NCBI GenBank assembly: GCA_015680685.1
Contig: MNCI01002112.1
Location: 279,290-343,289, forward strand
Source of the DNA: Gnetum montanum
Taxonomy: Eukaryota; Plantae; Gnetophyta
Direction: 5' to 3'
DNA length: 64,000 bases
The translations under genes were made by a program, and so were the position numbers. The notes under the pieces were generated by a model. It did no database searches. It saw nothing but the letters and a program-made list of their open reading frames with translations, and was not told the DNA's origin. This document shows, piece by piece, positions 14,213 through 27,278 of this stretch (positions are counted from its first letter, which is position 1; each line of letters opens with the position of its first letter).

Positions 14213-15053
14213 TGATGAAGCATCATAAATAGGTTGCATTGATGTAGCCCTGTTGACACATGGTGACATATGTTGACACTAATGCAGGCACAACCTATAT
14301 AAATATTGAATTTATGACACCTTGTACTCATAGAAATACAAAGCTCTTTCAATTTGTGTTTTCTAGAGTTGGAATATTTTCCTTTGAGTGCCCACAGTGT
14401 GAGTGAAAGAGATTGTATGGAACTTTATTCAAGTGCCATGTACTTGAACACATTGGCGTGAATGGCAATAAAGTTGAGGATTTTTAGCATTCATTGTAGC
14501 ACTTGGATTAGCTTAATCTTTCTTACCAACACTTTATTTTCCATGTATTTTATATTCGAAGTCATGGATACTTAATATAATTAACCATGAACACATAAGT
14601 ACAGCCACTTTGAACATATGGTATTGTGCTTGGTAACCCCAATAATGGTCATTTGGTATGCCCTATAATCACCACTTGGTAACCCAACAACGTTTATATG
14701 AGTTTGGGATGTATACGATAAGCAGGAAACACTCCTTATGTTAGGGCACTTACCTTTAGAACAATTAGGTAGTTAAAATAATTAATCATTATATATTCAT
14801 TTTTCCATATAGAACTTAATCTTAAAAATATAAAAATATAAATAAAAACAAATATCATATAACTTAACTCACATTTAACCATACACATAGCACACACAAG
14901 CGTGAGTTAGGAAGACAACAATCACATGATCCCTTAATTCACAGTTTATGACTATGGGCAAACTTAAGAACTAAGTCTGCAAAATTTAATCAAATCACTA
15001 GTATATGCTTGTGATTCATATGGTTTGGCATAGGGTATACTTGTTGCTCATCA
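14213..15053 (+). repeat. Probable 3' LTR of element B
   Basis: Preceded by CTTGAGGACAAG...TTGTGGGGGTA (PPT-like). Termini TGATGAAGCA and TGCTCATCA are near-inverted, with TATATAAA at ~14297. No second copy in the window. Confidence 0.55.
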
Positions 15054-16192
15054 CTTGGGGATCCAATTTACTTGCAACATAATGAAAATACTTGAAATAT
15101 GTCTAGTATTAATTTTTTGTAGTAATTTTAGGTAAATTCCCAAACTTCATATGATATTTAATATAATCTTGTTTATTCTCATTGTGACTGATGTGACCAA
15201 TCTCATTTGATTATGATTCTAGTTTGATTTGAATGGTTTTTTTATTCCTTCAAAAATAATGAAGACATGCTTTATATTCCATTTCCATGTTGAAATAAAA
15301 AAGTGTGGGATACTTGTACCTTATTAAAATAGGATGTATGCCGACAAATACTTGTTAAAAGCAAAAAAAAAAAATCTTTGATTGATACTAATTTCAATTT
15401 TTTTAAGAGGGTAGACATGGGCTATGACACAACTTTAGGCTAGGGTATGTAAAGAGGTGTTATGCTTGGCTTTGTGAAGTGAGAGGGGGTATTGGAGATT
15501 AGAATTGCACTAAGTACACCCAAAATATATAGTCAACATAACACCCTGCTTTGATTTCATTTAATTCTTACCACACAAGCATTAACTCAAGCCTTGAAGT
15601 CATGATACAGCAAATAATGCATTATCTTTAAATTACGCTAACTAGTGATACATAATTCAAGTGATTAGTTTTGATAGGCAAGTTTGAACTACATTTAATG
15701 CATCAATTTACAAAGTACATGTGAACTTTCATCCATTTAAACTAAACTTCAAAACCTTCCAATATAAAGAGCAAAAACATTTAAATTAAACATTAGTTTT
15801 TTATTTCAATAAAATTCTTTTATTATAATTTCATTGGTGCTCATCTTAATTTCCTTATACAGTCCAACCAAACTTTGTTGTACAAGCTTCAACGCGAAAT
15901 ATAAGGCATCAAATCAAATAAAAAGTATAAACACAATGAAAGGAAAGTATCTATCATTCCTCGTACTAGTATTTAATTTTCAGGGACGAGTGCTTGGATC
16001 TACGTAAGTAATAAAACCCCGTATTCAATTTTATAACGTACGATTAAATTTTGCGGTGTTTCCTATATTTGAAACCTGACAATCCGACGGCAACATTTTG
16101 AAATAAGAAACGGATCTTTTTCAGACGAACCGCCGCTCTACCTTCCTATTCCAAAGTTGCCTGCGCAGGTGTCCTTCCAATTATAATCAGGT

Positions 16193-16204
16193 TGCCACGT
16201 GGCA
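16193..16204. promoter_or_regulatory. Perfect palindromic G-box TGCCACGTGGCA upstream of the host pseudogene
   Basis: Canonical plant bZIP/bHLH G-box about 300 bp before ATG 16508, in CpG-retaining non-TE sequence. Confidence 0.45.
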
Positions 16205-16608
16205 TACTTTTTATTGCAACCAGACTGCATTCAGAGGACTACTTTAAAAACTGCTCCTAAATTACCGGCAATTATCTCTTTTTTTAACCCCTAAAAAGGG
16301 CTTAAAATTGGAGTTCAAAAGCAGACTTAAATGATTTTCAGACACAAGAAAAAGGTTTCGGCTTCCCGCTCGCAGTTTGAAAGATGAAGATGAAAATTTC
16401 ATTCCCACTGTTCGCCATTACATTCTCCAGCGTTTCCATTCATCTTCCTGTCTGAATTTTGATTTGGCTTGTTAGGCATCCCAGTTTTGCCTGGTTTTCG
16501 GCCAGCAATGAATTCCCCTCACGATAGAGATGAAAATAGCAGCAAAGGAGACATGGAGCCACTGCACTTGAGTATGGAACGCCTTCGCCTTATCAACGTT
16601 GCTGAGGA

Positions 16609-17979
16609 GAACGGTCTGGTCCATCACACAAGGACTTAATGGGTGTAACTTAACTTTATGTGAACGTTGTTTTAAATGTGAAATACGCGAGGTAAAACCA
16701 ATTATCAATAAATGCAAGAATGAAGGAAATAGTGCCAAACAGCCATAACAATAAAGAGATAATAGAATAAACTCAGGTAAGAAAATGCACCGCCCCAAGG
16801 TTGCAGGTTCGATTTTTCGTCTTGTTTGAAAAATGTATAAAAAGTTATACAACGCTGGAGGCGCACAAAGAGTTCAAGAATAACCAAGCTGCTCAAAATG
16901 TGCCAACTATGTTCTTGAATGCGAACTTGAAAGCCAACTGCGCAAAAATGCCAACGCAAAAACCCAACCAATGCAAAATGCCAATGCAAAAAAGCCAAGT
17001 CGAAGTATTTATAGGGCCTAGAGCAGGTAAGAAACGTAGCTTAGGTGCCACGTGTCCTAGACCCTGCCATATGCAATCATGACGGTACCCTGTAGGGGTG
17101 TTGTGCAGGTTGTGAACTTTGCTATGCTGTAAGCACGTTGTCGAAATTGGAGATGCTGCTTACTATGCTGTCCTACGCTACGTAGTGTAGCGCATTGACA
17201 TAGCGTAGCGTAGCAGAGTGTAGCCACCGGTTTGAACAGAAAACTTGCATTGGAGTCAACAGTATTTGCTGGAAGCCTTGGCGCACGTCAGGTTAACCTT
17301 TGGAGCACTTTATTGATTTGCATCTTTGCTACGCTATGCCACACTACATAGCGTAGCACAACATAGTAGCCAATGTAATATGCATTTTTGTCAAAATTGC
17401 GGGGTTTCACAAGAAAACTTTGCTTGTGGTTCAAGGGCTAACTGAGACAAGGTGGTTTTGGAAGCCAATATGCTATTAGATGCAATCCCTTTGCCGCAAC
17501 AGCTTGGCAGAGGAGTCTTTGCATGTTTTGTCTTTGCTACGCTATGTTACGCTATGTAGCGTAGCATAGCGTAGCACCTTGTGTTGGGTGAATTCTGACT
17601 TTGCCTTGTGCAAACATCTTGCCAAAACTTGTATTTAGACGCTTGATTGATTTTTCGAAGGCTTGTTACGCTACACAACGTAGTGTAGCGTAGCAAACTT
17701 CTCCACTAGAAAACTTGTTGAACTGTTTTGTACATCCTAAACACCGTCGACAACTCCTAGCACAGTTTCTGAGTAGACTGACAATCAGGTGAATTATCCA
17801 GGTGGGCAGGTCAGAGAGTCCATCAACTCTGGAGGTAGAAAACTTGTCGGACAAGTCAGTCTAATCTCAATGCCTATATTTTCCTGCCAAACTATCATGA
17901 TGCTACACTTGTGGAAATCTTTGCCTAAACTCCAAGACCCTGGTGAAGCAAGAGGGTCTCGAAATTTTATGGTGTTTCA
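16609..17979 (-). repeat. 3' LTR of C1, lacking the terminal ~110 bp
   Basis: Aligns with 27389-28842 and 38531-39879; starts TGAAACACCATAAAATTTCGAG on the minus strand; PPT CAAAGAGGAGCTAG adjacent. Confidence 0.9.
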
Positions 17980-19354
17980 CTAGCTCCTCTTTGTCGACAT
18001 TTGGAGGATGGGCCTGAGAGACATCGATAAAGAATATGAAACACCATGAAAGACAAGATGCTAACATCGCTCTTCAGTAATTGTCTAGATCTCGCTTATC
18101 TATGCTTAAGTGTGCCAGGATAATCATGTAGGGAAAGTGGAAAGGATGGATCTGCGGGGACAATTTTAGGAAGGGAAAGATGTAACATAGTGTGGTCCCT
18201 CGTCGGAGTGCTTGTGAGGGAGTCAATATGCATGGGCATCTTTCTTTTGCAGGTTTTTGACCTCTCATTGGAATGCTTAGAGATGGTCATTACAAAACAA
18301 CTAATGTGCGGTTTCTTTTGGGCACGCATTTTTTTTGAGCTTTTGCTCTTTTACGCTTTTCTTTTGCTATTTTGCCATGTTCATTTGCAAACAACCTTAT
18401 TGCAGGAAAAGTGTTTCCTCCCCAGTATGAGTTGTGTCACATCCATGTCGAGCTTTCACCTGCCTATAGATGCTTCCCATGTGACAAGTTGCGTTATGCG
18501 CATCATGGACTTTGCGGTTGAGCATATGGGAGGGCTTTACAGGCATCAAGAAAATTCGTAAAAAGAGGTGTGAGAAGGAGGATCACGAGTGTAAGAAACT
18601 AGGTAAAGGAGGTTAAGGGGGAGCATAGGATGTGCACTCCCAAGTAGCTAAGCTAGTCAGGATGATCACCTTGGAACAATATAGTGTCTTGCTACCTTGG
18701 CGAAATGCACCTCTGACCGACACCCCTCCGACACGTACCTTGCAAACGCAACAGAGAGCAAACTAGAAGAAACAACCATTAAGTAAAATGAAGGCAAAGG
18801 TCTTGCTCTCTTTGGACGTTGCTGGAGCAATGGACATTCTTGCTGAGGCATGCAACGTCCAAACCAGAAAGGCCAACAGCGGTTCTGCCAGCATCAGCGT
18901 GGCGGGGTTGGCACCGAGGATGTTAGAAGTTGTGATGACGCGGGTGCTTAGGAGTCCCCGCCCAAGCCAAACATCATGTAGCTCAACTGTAAGGTGAAAG
19001 GCCTAACAACTGAACATCTTTTAGGCATGCATGATGACGGGGGTTGGGGTAGCAACCTTGTGGCTAGGCCAAAATAGTGCTGGGACTCTAGCAGTAGGCG
19101 TCGACCATAGGAGCTATTACAAGGACAATGGGCCGTGGTAGTGGTAGCTCCAGAAGGCCAACAAGATGTCAGACGACATCTTCGGAGGGTCAGCAAGATG
19201 CCAGGGGCAATTGTGTTGCACATACTCCAGAGGATGTTTTTTTGGCATCATGAACTGCGTTCTGGAACTGCAACATCCCATCTTGTGTCAGCACTATGCA
19301 CGCTCTCTTTTTGAATGGTCATGGATGCATGCTAAGGATGTTGTGCCATGAACG

Positions 19355-19740
19355 TAGTTTAAGGTCCTGGTAGATCATGGTGTGCTAGTTTAAGGTCCCA
19401 GTAAACCATGGTGTGCTAGTTTAAGGTCCTATCAAACCGCTATGCTAGTTTAACATCCCAGCAGACTGTTGTGCTAGTTTAAGATCCCAGTAGACCATTG
19501 TGCTAGCTTAGCGTCATAGCGGATGGTGGATGGGCCAGTTTAAGATCATAGCAAACCATCTATGCTAGTTTTATGTCATAGCGGACGAGCTTTGTAAGTT
19601 TTACATCATGGTGGATGGACTATGCCAGTTTATAGTCATAGCGGACTATCTGTGCTATTTTAGAGTCATAGCAAACTATCTTTGCTAGTTTTACATCATA
19701 GCGGACGTCCTTTGCCAGTTTTACGTCGTAGCGGATGATT
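19355..19740 (-). repeat. Post-integrase array of C1 (~30-bp period, core TCCGCTATGACnTWAAACTAGCA)
   Basis: About 13 copies of GCTAGTTTWAnGTC...GCRGA on the plus strand. Confidence 0.9.
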
Positions 19741-19759
19741 TGCTTACCTTGCTCATGCA

Positions 19760-22200
19760 TCAAATGTAGTATGGCTTGAGATACAAATCATTCATAGGAT
19801 TCGTGAATTCTTTTCCATCCATGTCTGCCATCTTGAAGGCTCTATTCCCGTAGGCTTTCATGACCATGAATGGACCTTCCCAGTTTGCTGAGAACTTGTT
19901 CACATGTTCACGGATACCCTTGAGAACGAGGTCCCCCTTTTTTATCGGCCGTTGAAGTGGGTTTGCATGATGCTTCTACCATTGCCTCTCTTGATATCGC
20001 TCGATGCAGCCAAGTGTTTGTGCACGCTCCTCCTCTATGGAGTCGAGGTCGATGATCCTCAACTCATTGTTCTAGGCTTAGTTCACAACATTTGATAGGA
20101 TCATTCAAAATGACAGTACCAGCAACTCAAGAGGTAACACCACTTTAGATCTATAAACAAGGTTGTAAGGACTTTTACCTGTTGTTGTTCTGCATGTCGT
20201 TCTGTAAGCCCATAGAACATAGAGGATTTGCTTGTGCCATCGCCTCTTTCTATTGCTAAGCATCTTCTTGAGCAATTAATGATGGATTTATTCGTAGCTT
20301 CTACCTATCTGTTTACCTGTGGGTAGTGTGACGAGGAAAAGGATTGCTTAATGCCAAGGTTGTTGCAAAATATTTTGGTTTCCGCACTACTAAATTATGG
20401 TCCTTTGTTTGTCACAATAGTCATGGGAAGCCCAAACCTTGTCACTATGTTATCCAATATAAAGTGGCAAACCTATTGAGATGTAGTCTTCCTAAGGGGG
20501 ATAGCCTCTACCCACTTTGTAAAGTACTCAATGGCAGTGATGATGAAGTTATGCCCTACGAAAGACTTAGGTGTGATAGGTCCTATAATGTCTAGTTCCC
20601 ATCATTGGAATTTCCACGTGATCTGTGTCGAGCACAACTTAGTGGGTGAAACGTGTATAAGATTTGCATATCGTTGGCACGTATCACAAGTCTTAACTTT
20701 GGCAAGGCAATCTCATTCCATGTGAGGCCAGTAATACCCTAGGCATTTGATTTTTGTTGTCATGGCCCTAGGGGCTATGTGTCCTCTGCACAGTCCTTCA
20801 TGCACCTCATTGATGATCTTTTGTACTTGTCTCTCATTTACGCATGTTAGCAATATCCCATCAAAAAAACATTTGCATAAGACGTCATCTCCCATAAGTA
20901 CATATTTCCAAGCACGCTTGTGGATAGCATCCCTTTGAGTAGATGTCAATCCGTGTGGGGGTTCACCATGTTGCAGATATGCTTTAATGTTGTTGTACCA
21001 CTCTTGGGTATTGGCAGCACTTATAGAGGTGACGTGTACCGCTTGAGTGATAGGCTCTGTGCACTCAGTCATCGAAGCGAGCAATGTTGCGAATAGCTGT
21101 GGTCACACATTTAATGCTAGCATGGCCAGGGCATCTACTATGGTGTTTTCATTGCATGGCACATGTTGAACATCTGTTGTGATAAACTGCTTAAGAAAAA
21201 TTTTAACCAAGTCACAATAGGATTGCAGATGAGTAGCTTTGCAGGCATAGAACTCAGTGATTTGATTAACAACGAGTTGTGAATCACCTCAGATTGCCAG
21301 ATGTTGAATTTTTAATGCTCGGGCTAGTAAGAGGCCCCTAAGGAGTCCTTCGTACCTTGCCATGTTGTTTGTACAAAGGAACATAAAATGATAGGCAAAC
21401 GATTGGATGTCCCCAGAAGGGAACGTAATGATGGCAACTACACTACCACCTCATGGGGTCATGAAAGTGGTTGTTAACTGATGCTTTGGGTTGATACGAA
21501 TTAGATTATAGCTAGATAAACCATCCATGAAGGACAGTAGAGCGTGACCAGCCATAGTGTTAATGAGTTGATCAATACTCGGCAGTGGGAAGTCATCTTT
21601 GATCATTTATTTGTTTAGATCCTAGAAGTCTATAAAAATTCATTTTTCTCTCATTTTCTTAGAAACTACAAAGATGTTCGATACCCATTCTAAGTAATCA
21701 ACTGCTCGAATGAAACCAGCCTAATACAGCTTAGTGATTTAATTGAGTACGGCCAGTGCGATCTTTGGTTTAATCCTACGAGCCTTTTTTTTAACTTCCT
21801 CTACATGTCGATCTAAGACAATGTTATGTTGTACAAGCCTCGAATCTAAGCCTGGCATGTCGTTATAGGACCACACAAATACTTTGATGTTGTCTTAAAG
21901 GATCTTGGATACATCTTTATGCATTTGTGAATCTAGGAGGGAGCTAAGTTTTAACGTCTTTATTTTTCTCCTAGATGTAGTCATAGGTGTTTCAATGAGA
22001 GGGCCCTCAATTACATCCCCAACCTCTAAATCTAAGGCTTGGACTAGGTGTTCGGGCCAATCTGGGGATGTTTCTAAAGACGCAATAGTGCTATCGAAGC
22101 ACAATTCACAGTCTATTGACTTTGGGTTTAATTATCTTATAAGCTCATCATGTGGGCCTACCAAGGCTAGAAGTGAAGGTAGATCACGATGCATAGCCAT
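19760..22200 (-). pseudogene. pol: pol of C1 with an internal deletion (RT N-terminal part joined to aRH, then integrase)
   Basis: SFMDGLSSYN, CTNNMARYEGLLRG, NEVHEGLCRGH, GYYWPHME, KFSANWEGPF; junction at ~21455. Confidence 0.9.
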
Positions 22201-22342
22201 TCTTGCTTAACCTTCCACAATAAGATGAAAGCCAAGTCAAGTGATATCTATTTGTAGCAATAGTGCATAGTAAATATTTGCAAAGAAGCAATGAAATATG
22301 AAATTATTAAAATGATTTTCAACTATGATGCAAAATTCTCAA

Positions 22343-22470
22343 GCTACCAGTTTAAGGTCAAAGCGGACTGCTAACTTGGTCAAATTATAAATCAAAACTG
22401 CTAGTTTAAGGTCTTTGCAAACCGCTAACAAGTTATTCTTTCAAAGGTAAGTGGCTAGTTTAAGGTCAGA
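22343..22470 (-). repeat. Pre-RT copies of the array motif in C1
   Basis: CCAGTTTAAGGTCAAAGCGGAC, GCTAGTTTAAGGTCTTTGCAAAC and GCTAGTTTAAGGTCAG on the plus strand. Confidence 0.75.
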
Positions 22471-22602
22471 TGAAATTTTTGGTTGGACCCACCTGCCACG
22501 ATGCAAACAGTGCTACTACGCTATGGCGGGAGTGCTACACTGTACAGAGCGTCCCAGATTAATCGAGATGCAAAAACAACAAGTTCTTTTCACCACGTTG
22601 GC

Positions 22603-25360
22603 TATAAATAGGGGTTTACCCTTGGTAAACTTGTCATTTTCATCATAAGAGCGTAGAGCCCATATCCAGAGCATAGAGCAGTTGTACTGACAAAGAGCAA
22701 GGTGGTTTAGCATAGCGACTAAGAGAGAATTTGCAATTGAGATGATGGCACCTAAAGGAGAATGCAAACACCGAGCACTTACCAAGGTAGATGAGGTGAA
22801 AGACACCCTAGGACATCTATCACAGGTGCACATCACAGTTCGAGAGGAAATTCCATTGGCCTAGTAAGTTTCTACACTAACTTTATTTCCTAGGTTGCTG
22901 TTACTATCTCTTCTCTTTTTTTTATTTTGTTTTCTGTAATGAAACCCACGTCTTCTGTCATCGTTTTGGTTGCCATTTTGGCTATTACACTACTACTGTT
23001 GTCGATTCGGCCACGACGGGTGTACAGATGCTACGCTAAGGTTGCATGTAGTATTGCCTGGACTACCATTGCTGTGATTGCCTTGCCACAGAGGTTTAGG
23101 TGATCCTAGTAACCTAGCACGCGAATAGCATAGCGTACATCCCTCAAGAGGGTTTGGCCACGCGCGAGATTTGACAACATCACACATGTTTAACGTAGCA
23201 TAGCACAAGTCATTTTGTATGGCAAAGGTTGGTTGAAACGGCTATAGCGCATTAAATTTTTTTATTTGAAGTTCATATTTAAAAAAAAAATTTACACTAA
23301 GTTGATGTGTTGTAAGACCTTTAGACCAATGCATTGGTAATATCGTGTTGCTATGTTATTAATCTAGTGGTTCTGTTGTCTTAGTTGTAAATTTCTTATG
23401 TTTCTGGTGCTACGCTACATGCAAAAAGGTTATGCTACACTATTTGCAACCGAGGGTTTATGCTATGCTACATGGAAAGAAAGGGTTATGCTACGCTATT
23501 TGCAAATGGCTAATCGTGCTACGCTACCTACGAACTCCACTCAAAAATTATGCTAACATTTTCCATTCTATTGTACAAGGTAATGTTAAAACACATTTTG
23601 ATTGTCCTAGAAATTGTAGGGGTTTTGTGCTGCCTAAGTGAATCGGTGGCCAATGTTCCTCCGATCCATGCACGTGTGGAGTGGCAAGCATTCTGGTTCT
23701 GGGAAGACACGCGAGACTTCCAACAATTCCTCCTCGAGCACTTCAGTATGATTTTTTAGTCACACTTATTGGCAGAGACAACAGCCGCAATTACAGAAAC
23801 CCTATTGCCTGGGGCAAACCCAGGTATTCTGAAATTTTTGGCTGATGAGGCAATCGGGGGTGACTAGGCAGAAGGATCCAATTGATGCCCAAACAGCTTG
23901 AGACGTTTGAGTTGGATCTAGAAAATTCTTGAGTATAACTATTATCACCTATACAACACACTATTCATTGCCCATCACATGGGCACTTATTTTCAAAACC
24001 TACCAAGAACCGTATACTTTGCCAGTGGGTGAGTTCTGTAAATGCATTCTGTTACTTTATGCAATGCATGTTATGCTAGGCAACAATGTTAATAGTGTGT
24101 GTGCCTCTTTTTTTTCTATTGTTTGTGTGTTACCAGGTTTTATATCGACATGAGTGGGCTTCACGGTGATACTAATGCCTTGGCTTTGGCACAAATAACC
24201 TTGTGGGAGTTTTCCTCCATTGGGAACGTGTGCACAGCTGTGATAGGCCAATACGGGGGTAAGTACAAAACCTATCCAACCTGGTAATCCAAGTTTTATA
24301 GGAAATGTAAGGAGGTTGATTCGTTGGATGAGGATTTGGCATCGCTTAAGCTGATCATCATTGAAGATGTTTTTATGAATCTCCCACCATTCCCATCGCT
24401 GTTTAAACCTGGTACACTAGATCGTGAGTTCATGTTTACATGTTCAAGTGTTGTTTCATTTTTCTTCTATTTTTTGTTTTTTTTTAACTTTTGACTTTTT
24501 CTTTTTGTAAACTACTACAGTGGCAAAGAAATCCCAAGAGGTCACCATGATTAATTCTAGGCATAACAAGGTCAACATTTATTTCAAGTATGGGGAGGTG
24601 GATGAGACCCAACACTGGCTCTGCAATGGGGCCCTGGAATCGTTTGTCAACCACCTTTGAGATGTTGGTCTCATGGAGTTGTCCTGGGTCATCAACCCAA
24701 GTGTCCCTACTGCTGAGATTCTTTCCCTAGCTGACTCCTTTTTTGAAAGAGTAGACTGCTTCCACACACATCTCCATGGTGTGCTAGTGGTGCTTGAGAT
24801 TAACGACCAATTATTTGTGGATATTTTCGATGTCCCTTCCAATGGCCTCCACATAGGAGCAAAGACCAAAAAGGAGGCTAACCATCAGGGGGACATTGAG
24901 GAGTGGCTAGGGGCGGCAAAGGGCCACAAGGGAATTCATATTGAAGAGGCCAAGCTAAAAGTGGCCAAAATGGTTTACCCCATCTTCCGTGCCCATGCTT
25001 TCCCCAAGTTGCTTTCCCAAGGAAAAATCATTGTGATCAAGCAAGCTTGGATAATGAGAGAAGTCATGGAAGAGGGGGCCCATTACAATTGGACCAAGCA
25101 TCTTTGCAAAGGTCTATAGGTTGAATTGGTCAAGCTTCATAACAAGCCTAAATCCCATTTCAATGTGCATCATGCCTTCTTTGTAGCCTGCCTATGATGT
25201 TTTGCAAAATTCATGGTAGTCCATGAGAATGGAGTCTGGGTGATACAGAATCGTAACCAGATTTCCAAACCATGGATTTGCCAAGTCTTCCATACCACCT
25301 GATCCCAAGATCCCCCAGAAGCTAATGGGGAATCATTTACAATGACGACCAAGGATTGGG
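22603..25360 (+). pseudogene. 5' half of the spliced antisense extra gene in C1 (TATA box, ATG, at least 4 exons)
   Basis: TATAAATA 22603, ATG 22745 (MAPKGECKHR...), donor GTAAGT 22864. Further exons ~23620-24027, 24137-24424 and 24521-25360 have AG/GTGAGT borders. The last exon has EINDQLFVDIFDVPSNG...GAHYNWTKHL, reminiscent of plant transposon accessory domains (Transposase_32/ATHILA ORF1/PMD-like; not verified). Confidence 0.75.
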
Positions 25361-25364
25361 TGGA

Positions 25365-27036
25365 GCTAGGTACTACAATTTGGAATTAATAAAGTCATTC
25401 ACTACACCCTTAAAGATGGCCAACAGATGGGCCTCTGCGATAGAGTCATTGATCTCATTCAGGGTAGCGCTCCACTACTGTATAAATTTTTGGACTGATT
25501 CTAGCAAATCTTGCTTGACACTCATTAAATGATCCAACATAAAATCTTTTTTCAAGCTATACTTGAAACGAGTTACGTAATGAGTTAGCAGCTCCTCTAA
25601 GGTTGAGATAGAAAAGCATGGGAGCACACAGTACCAATCTAAAGCTTTGCTTGTCAGAGACATAGCAAAGACATGGATGATGGTGTGCAGCCATTGTTGC
25701 AATAGAAGGGACTCAAATCTAAACATCACGAGATGCACATTGGGATCACCCTCCCCATTGTATTTTGTAAAGTGGGGGAGTGGAATCCCAAGGGTAATGT
25801 GAGCATGGGGACTACCAGGTTGATGGGATCGTCATGGTAGAAATCCATAACTTGTACTGTGTCAGAACCGGCAACTTTCAGACACTTAATTTCTTCAGTA
25901 AGGGTCTGGATAAGCTAGAATGCTTGGTCCAAACCTGGGGATGATGCAGATGGTTGTGGAGTAGACGGTGATGGCATGGTAGGGGCAGTGACTTGGCTCA
26001 TAGGTGGAACTGTTGGGGTGAACCTTATGAAGGGTGTTGCTTGTGCTATCCACCACTTAGTGGGTGGTGATGTTGGAGCAATGGTTGCTACTAGTGCCAT
26101 AGGATAGGTTGTTTGCGTGATCGGCGGGGCAGACCATAGTCCTGTGCTTGGTTGTACCATTTGCGGGACCTGGTATGCTTGATGATGAGTGTAGTGTGAC
26201 ATTTGGGAAGGTTGCGAAGCAAGGGGAGAAGTGAATGGGGTCCACCATGTGGCTGGCGGTGGGCCCACCGCTGATGGTGGAATAGGTGTTGATGCTGGAA
26301 TGGAAGCAAAGATTGTATGCAACTATGATGTAGGTACCATGTGCACATAAGGCAAGGTAGCTGTGATCGATGCTTAGTGCGATGAAGGGATAGATTGGGA
26401 AACAGATTGTGGAGGGATAATACCTGGAAAGGAGATGGGGGAATACGTGTGTTGATACACCGAGGGTATGGCATGGCTACCATTGACTGATGAAACGGAG
26501 ATTTGCTATGGGGTAGATGTAATCATAAAGGGAGCAGTCATGAAGAGCGAGTTCACCCAGAAAGACAGGGTAGAAGGGATAGTTATAGGATTAGTTTGAC
26601 CCCCATCCTTAGATTGGAAATCCAGGTCCTCTTGTCCATACTGAAATGCCTCGTCATAGTGGGATGCTATGTCTCACTACTCCCTAGACCTACTTCTTTA
26701 TACCAACTAATCTAAGATCCACTGATACGTTTACGTCAGGGGAATGGAAGTGCCAAGGATAGGGACAAATTGCCTCCCATTGTGGTAAAGGAACACAAAG
26801 TTATGTTTGACTTCAAGTTTTTGGGCATCCAAGGGCAAATTTGCCTAGATCTTAATACAAAGGAAATTATAAATTTTAGTGTGTTGTACTAAGCTCTCAG
26901 GTGATCCGTTTTGGATCTTGAGAGATCGACATGGTCCTTGCACTAGGCTAGATGGTTGCTCGGCACCTATAGTACCCTGAATCAAAATAGGGACCTCAAG
27001 GTTTGAGGTGGCAATGACGATGGTTGAGGTAATCAT
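25365..27036 (-). pseudogene. gag: gag of C1, truncated by a deletion that removed the zinc knuckle and protease
   Basis: KYNGEGDPNVHL and KALDWYCVLPCFSISTLEELL retrotransposon gag motifs; collinear with 36487-38178. Confidence 0.85.
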
Positions 27037-27259
27037 TTTTGTGAGGTTGAAAATGGTTTGCGACGAAGAAAAGATAGAGATAAAGAGGGGATCAGAGGTT
27101 TTTCATCCTATAGGGTTCTAAAGGAACCATCGTTGTGACCAGCCTATACCACATGATGCATAAACAATAGCAAGGGTGTCACGTTTACGCTAATGAGTGT
27201 CAGGGTACAGAGAGCATGCAAAAGTACTCATGAGACATAGAAAAGGCACCAAAAAGATG

Positions 27260-27273
27260 TCCTTCTAATGCCA
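27260..27273 (-). promoter_or_regulatory. PBS of C1 (tRNA-Asn type)
   Basis: TGGCATTAGAAGGA, 5 nt from the LTR end. Confidence 0.75.
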
Positions 27274-27278
27274 AAAAC

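Larger units (their letters stand above)
2926..15053 (+). mobile_element. Decayed Tat-type Ty3/gypsy element B (gag C-terminus, PR, antisense gene, RT-RH-aRH-INT, repeat array, 3' extra ORF, probable 3' LTR)
   Basis: Collinear domain remnants on the plus strand; the 5' end lies outside the window beyond element A. Confidence 0.85.

Noticed and set aside
16472-17082. ORFs recurring at 16472, 27319 and 38628 (MYNFLYIFQTR... and similar)
   Set aside because: They recur only because they lie in LTR copies; stops and frames differ between copies.
18000-19350. Protein-coding extra ORF in the 3'UTR of C1, C2, D and E
   Set aside because: The nucleotide homology is real, but I could not find a reading frame conserved across the four copies.
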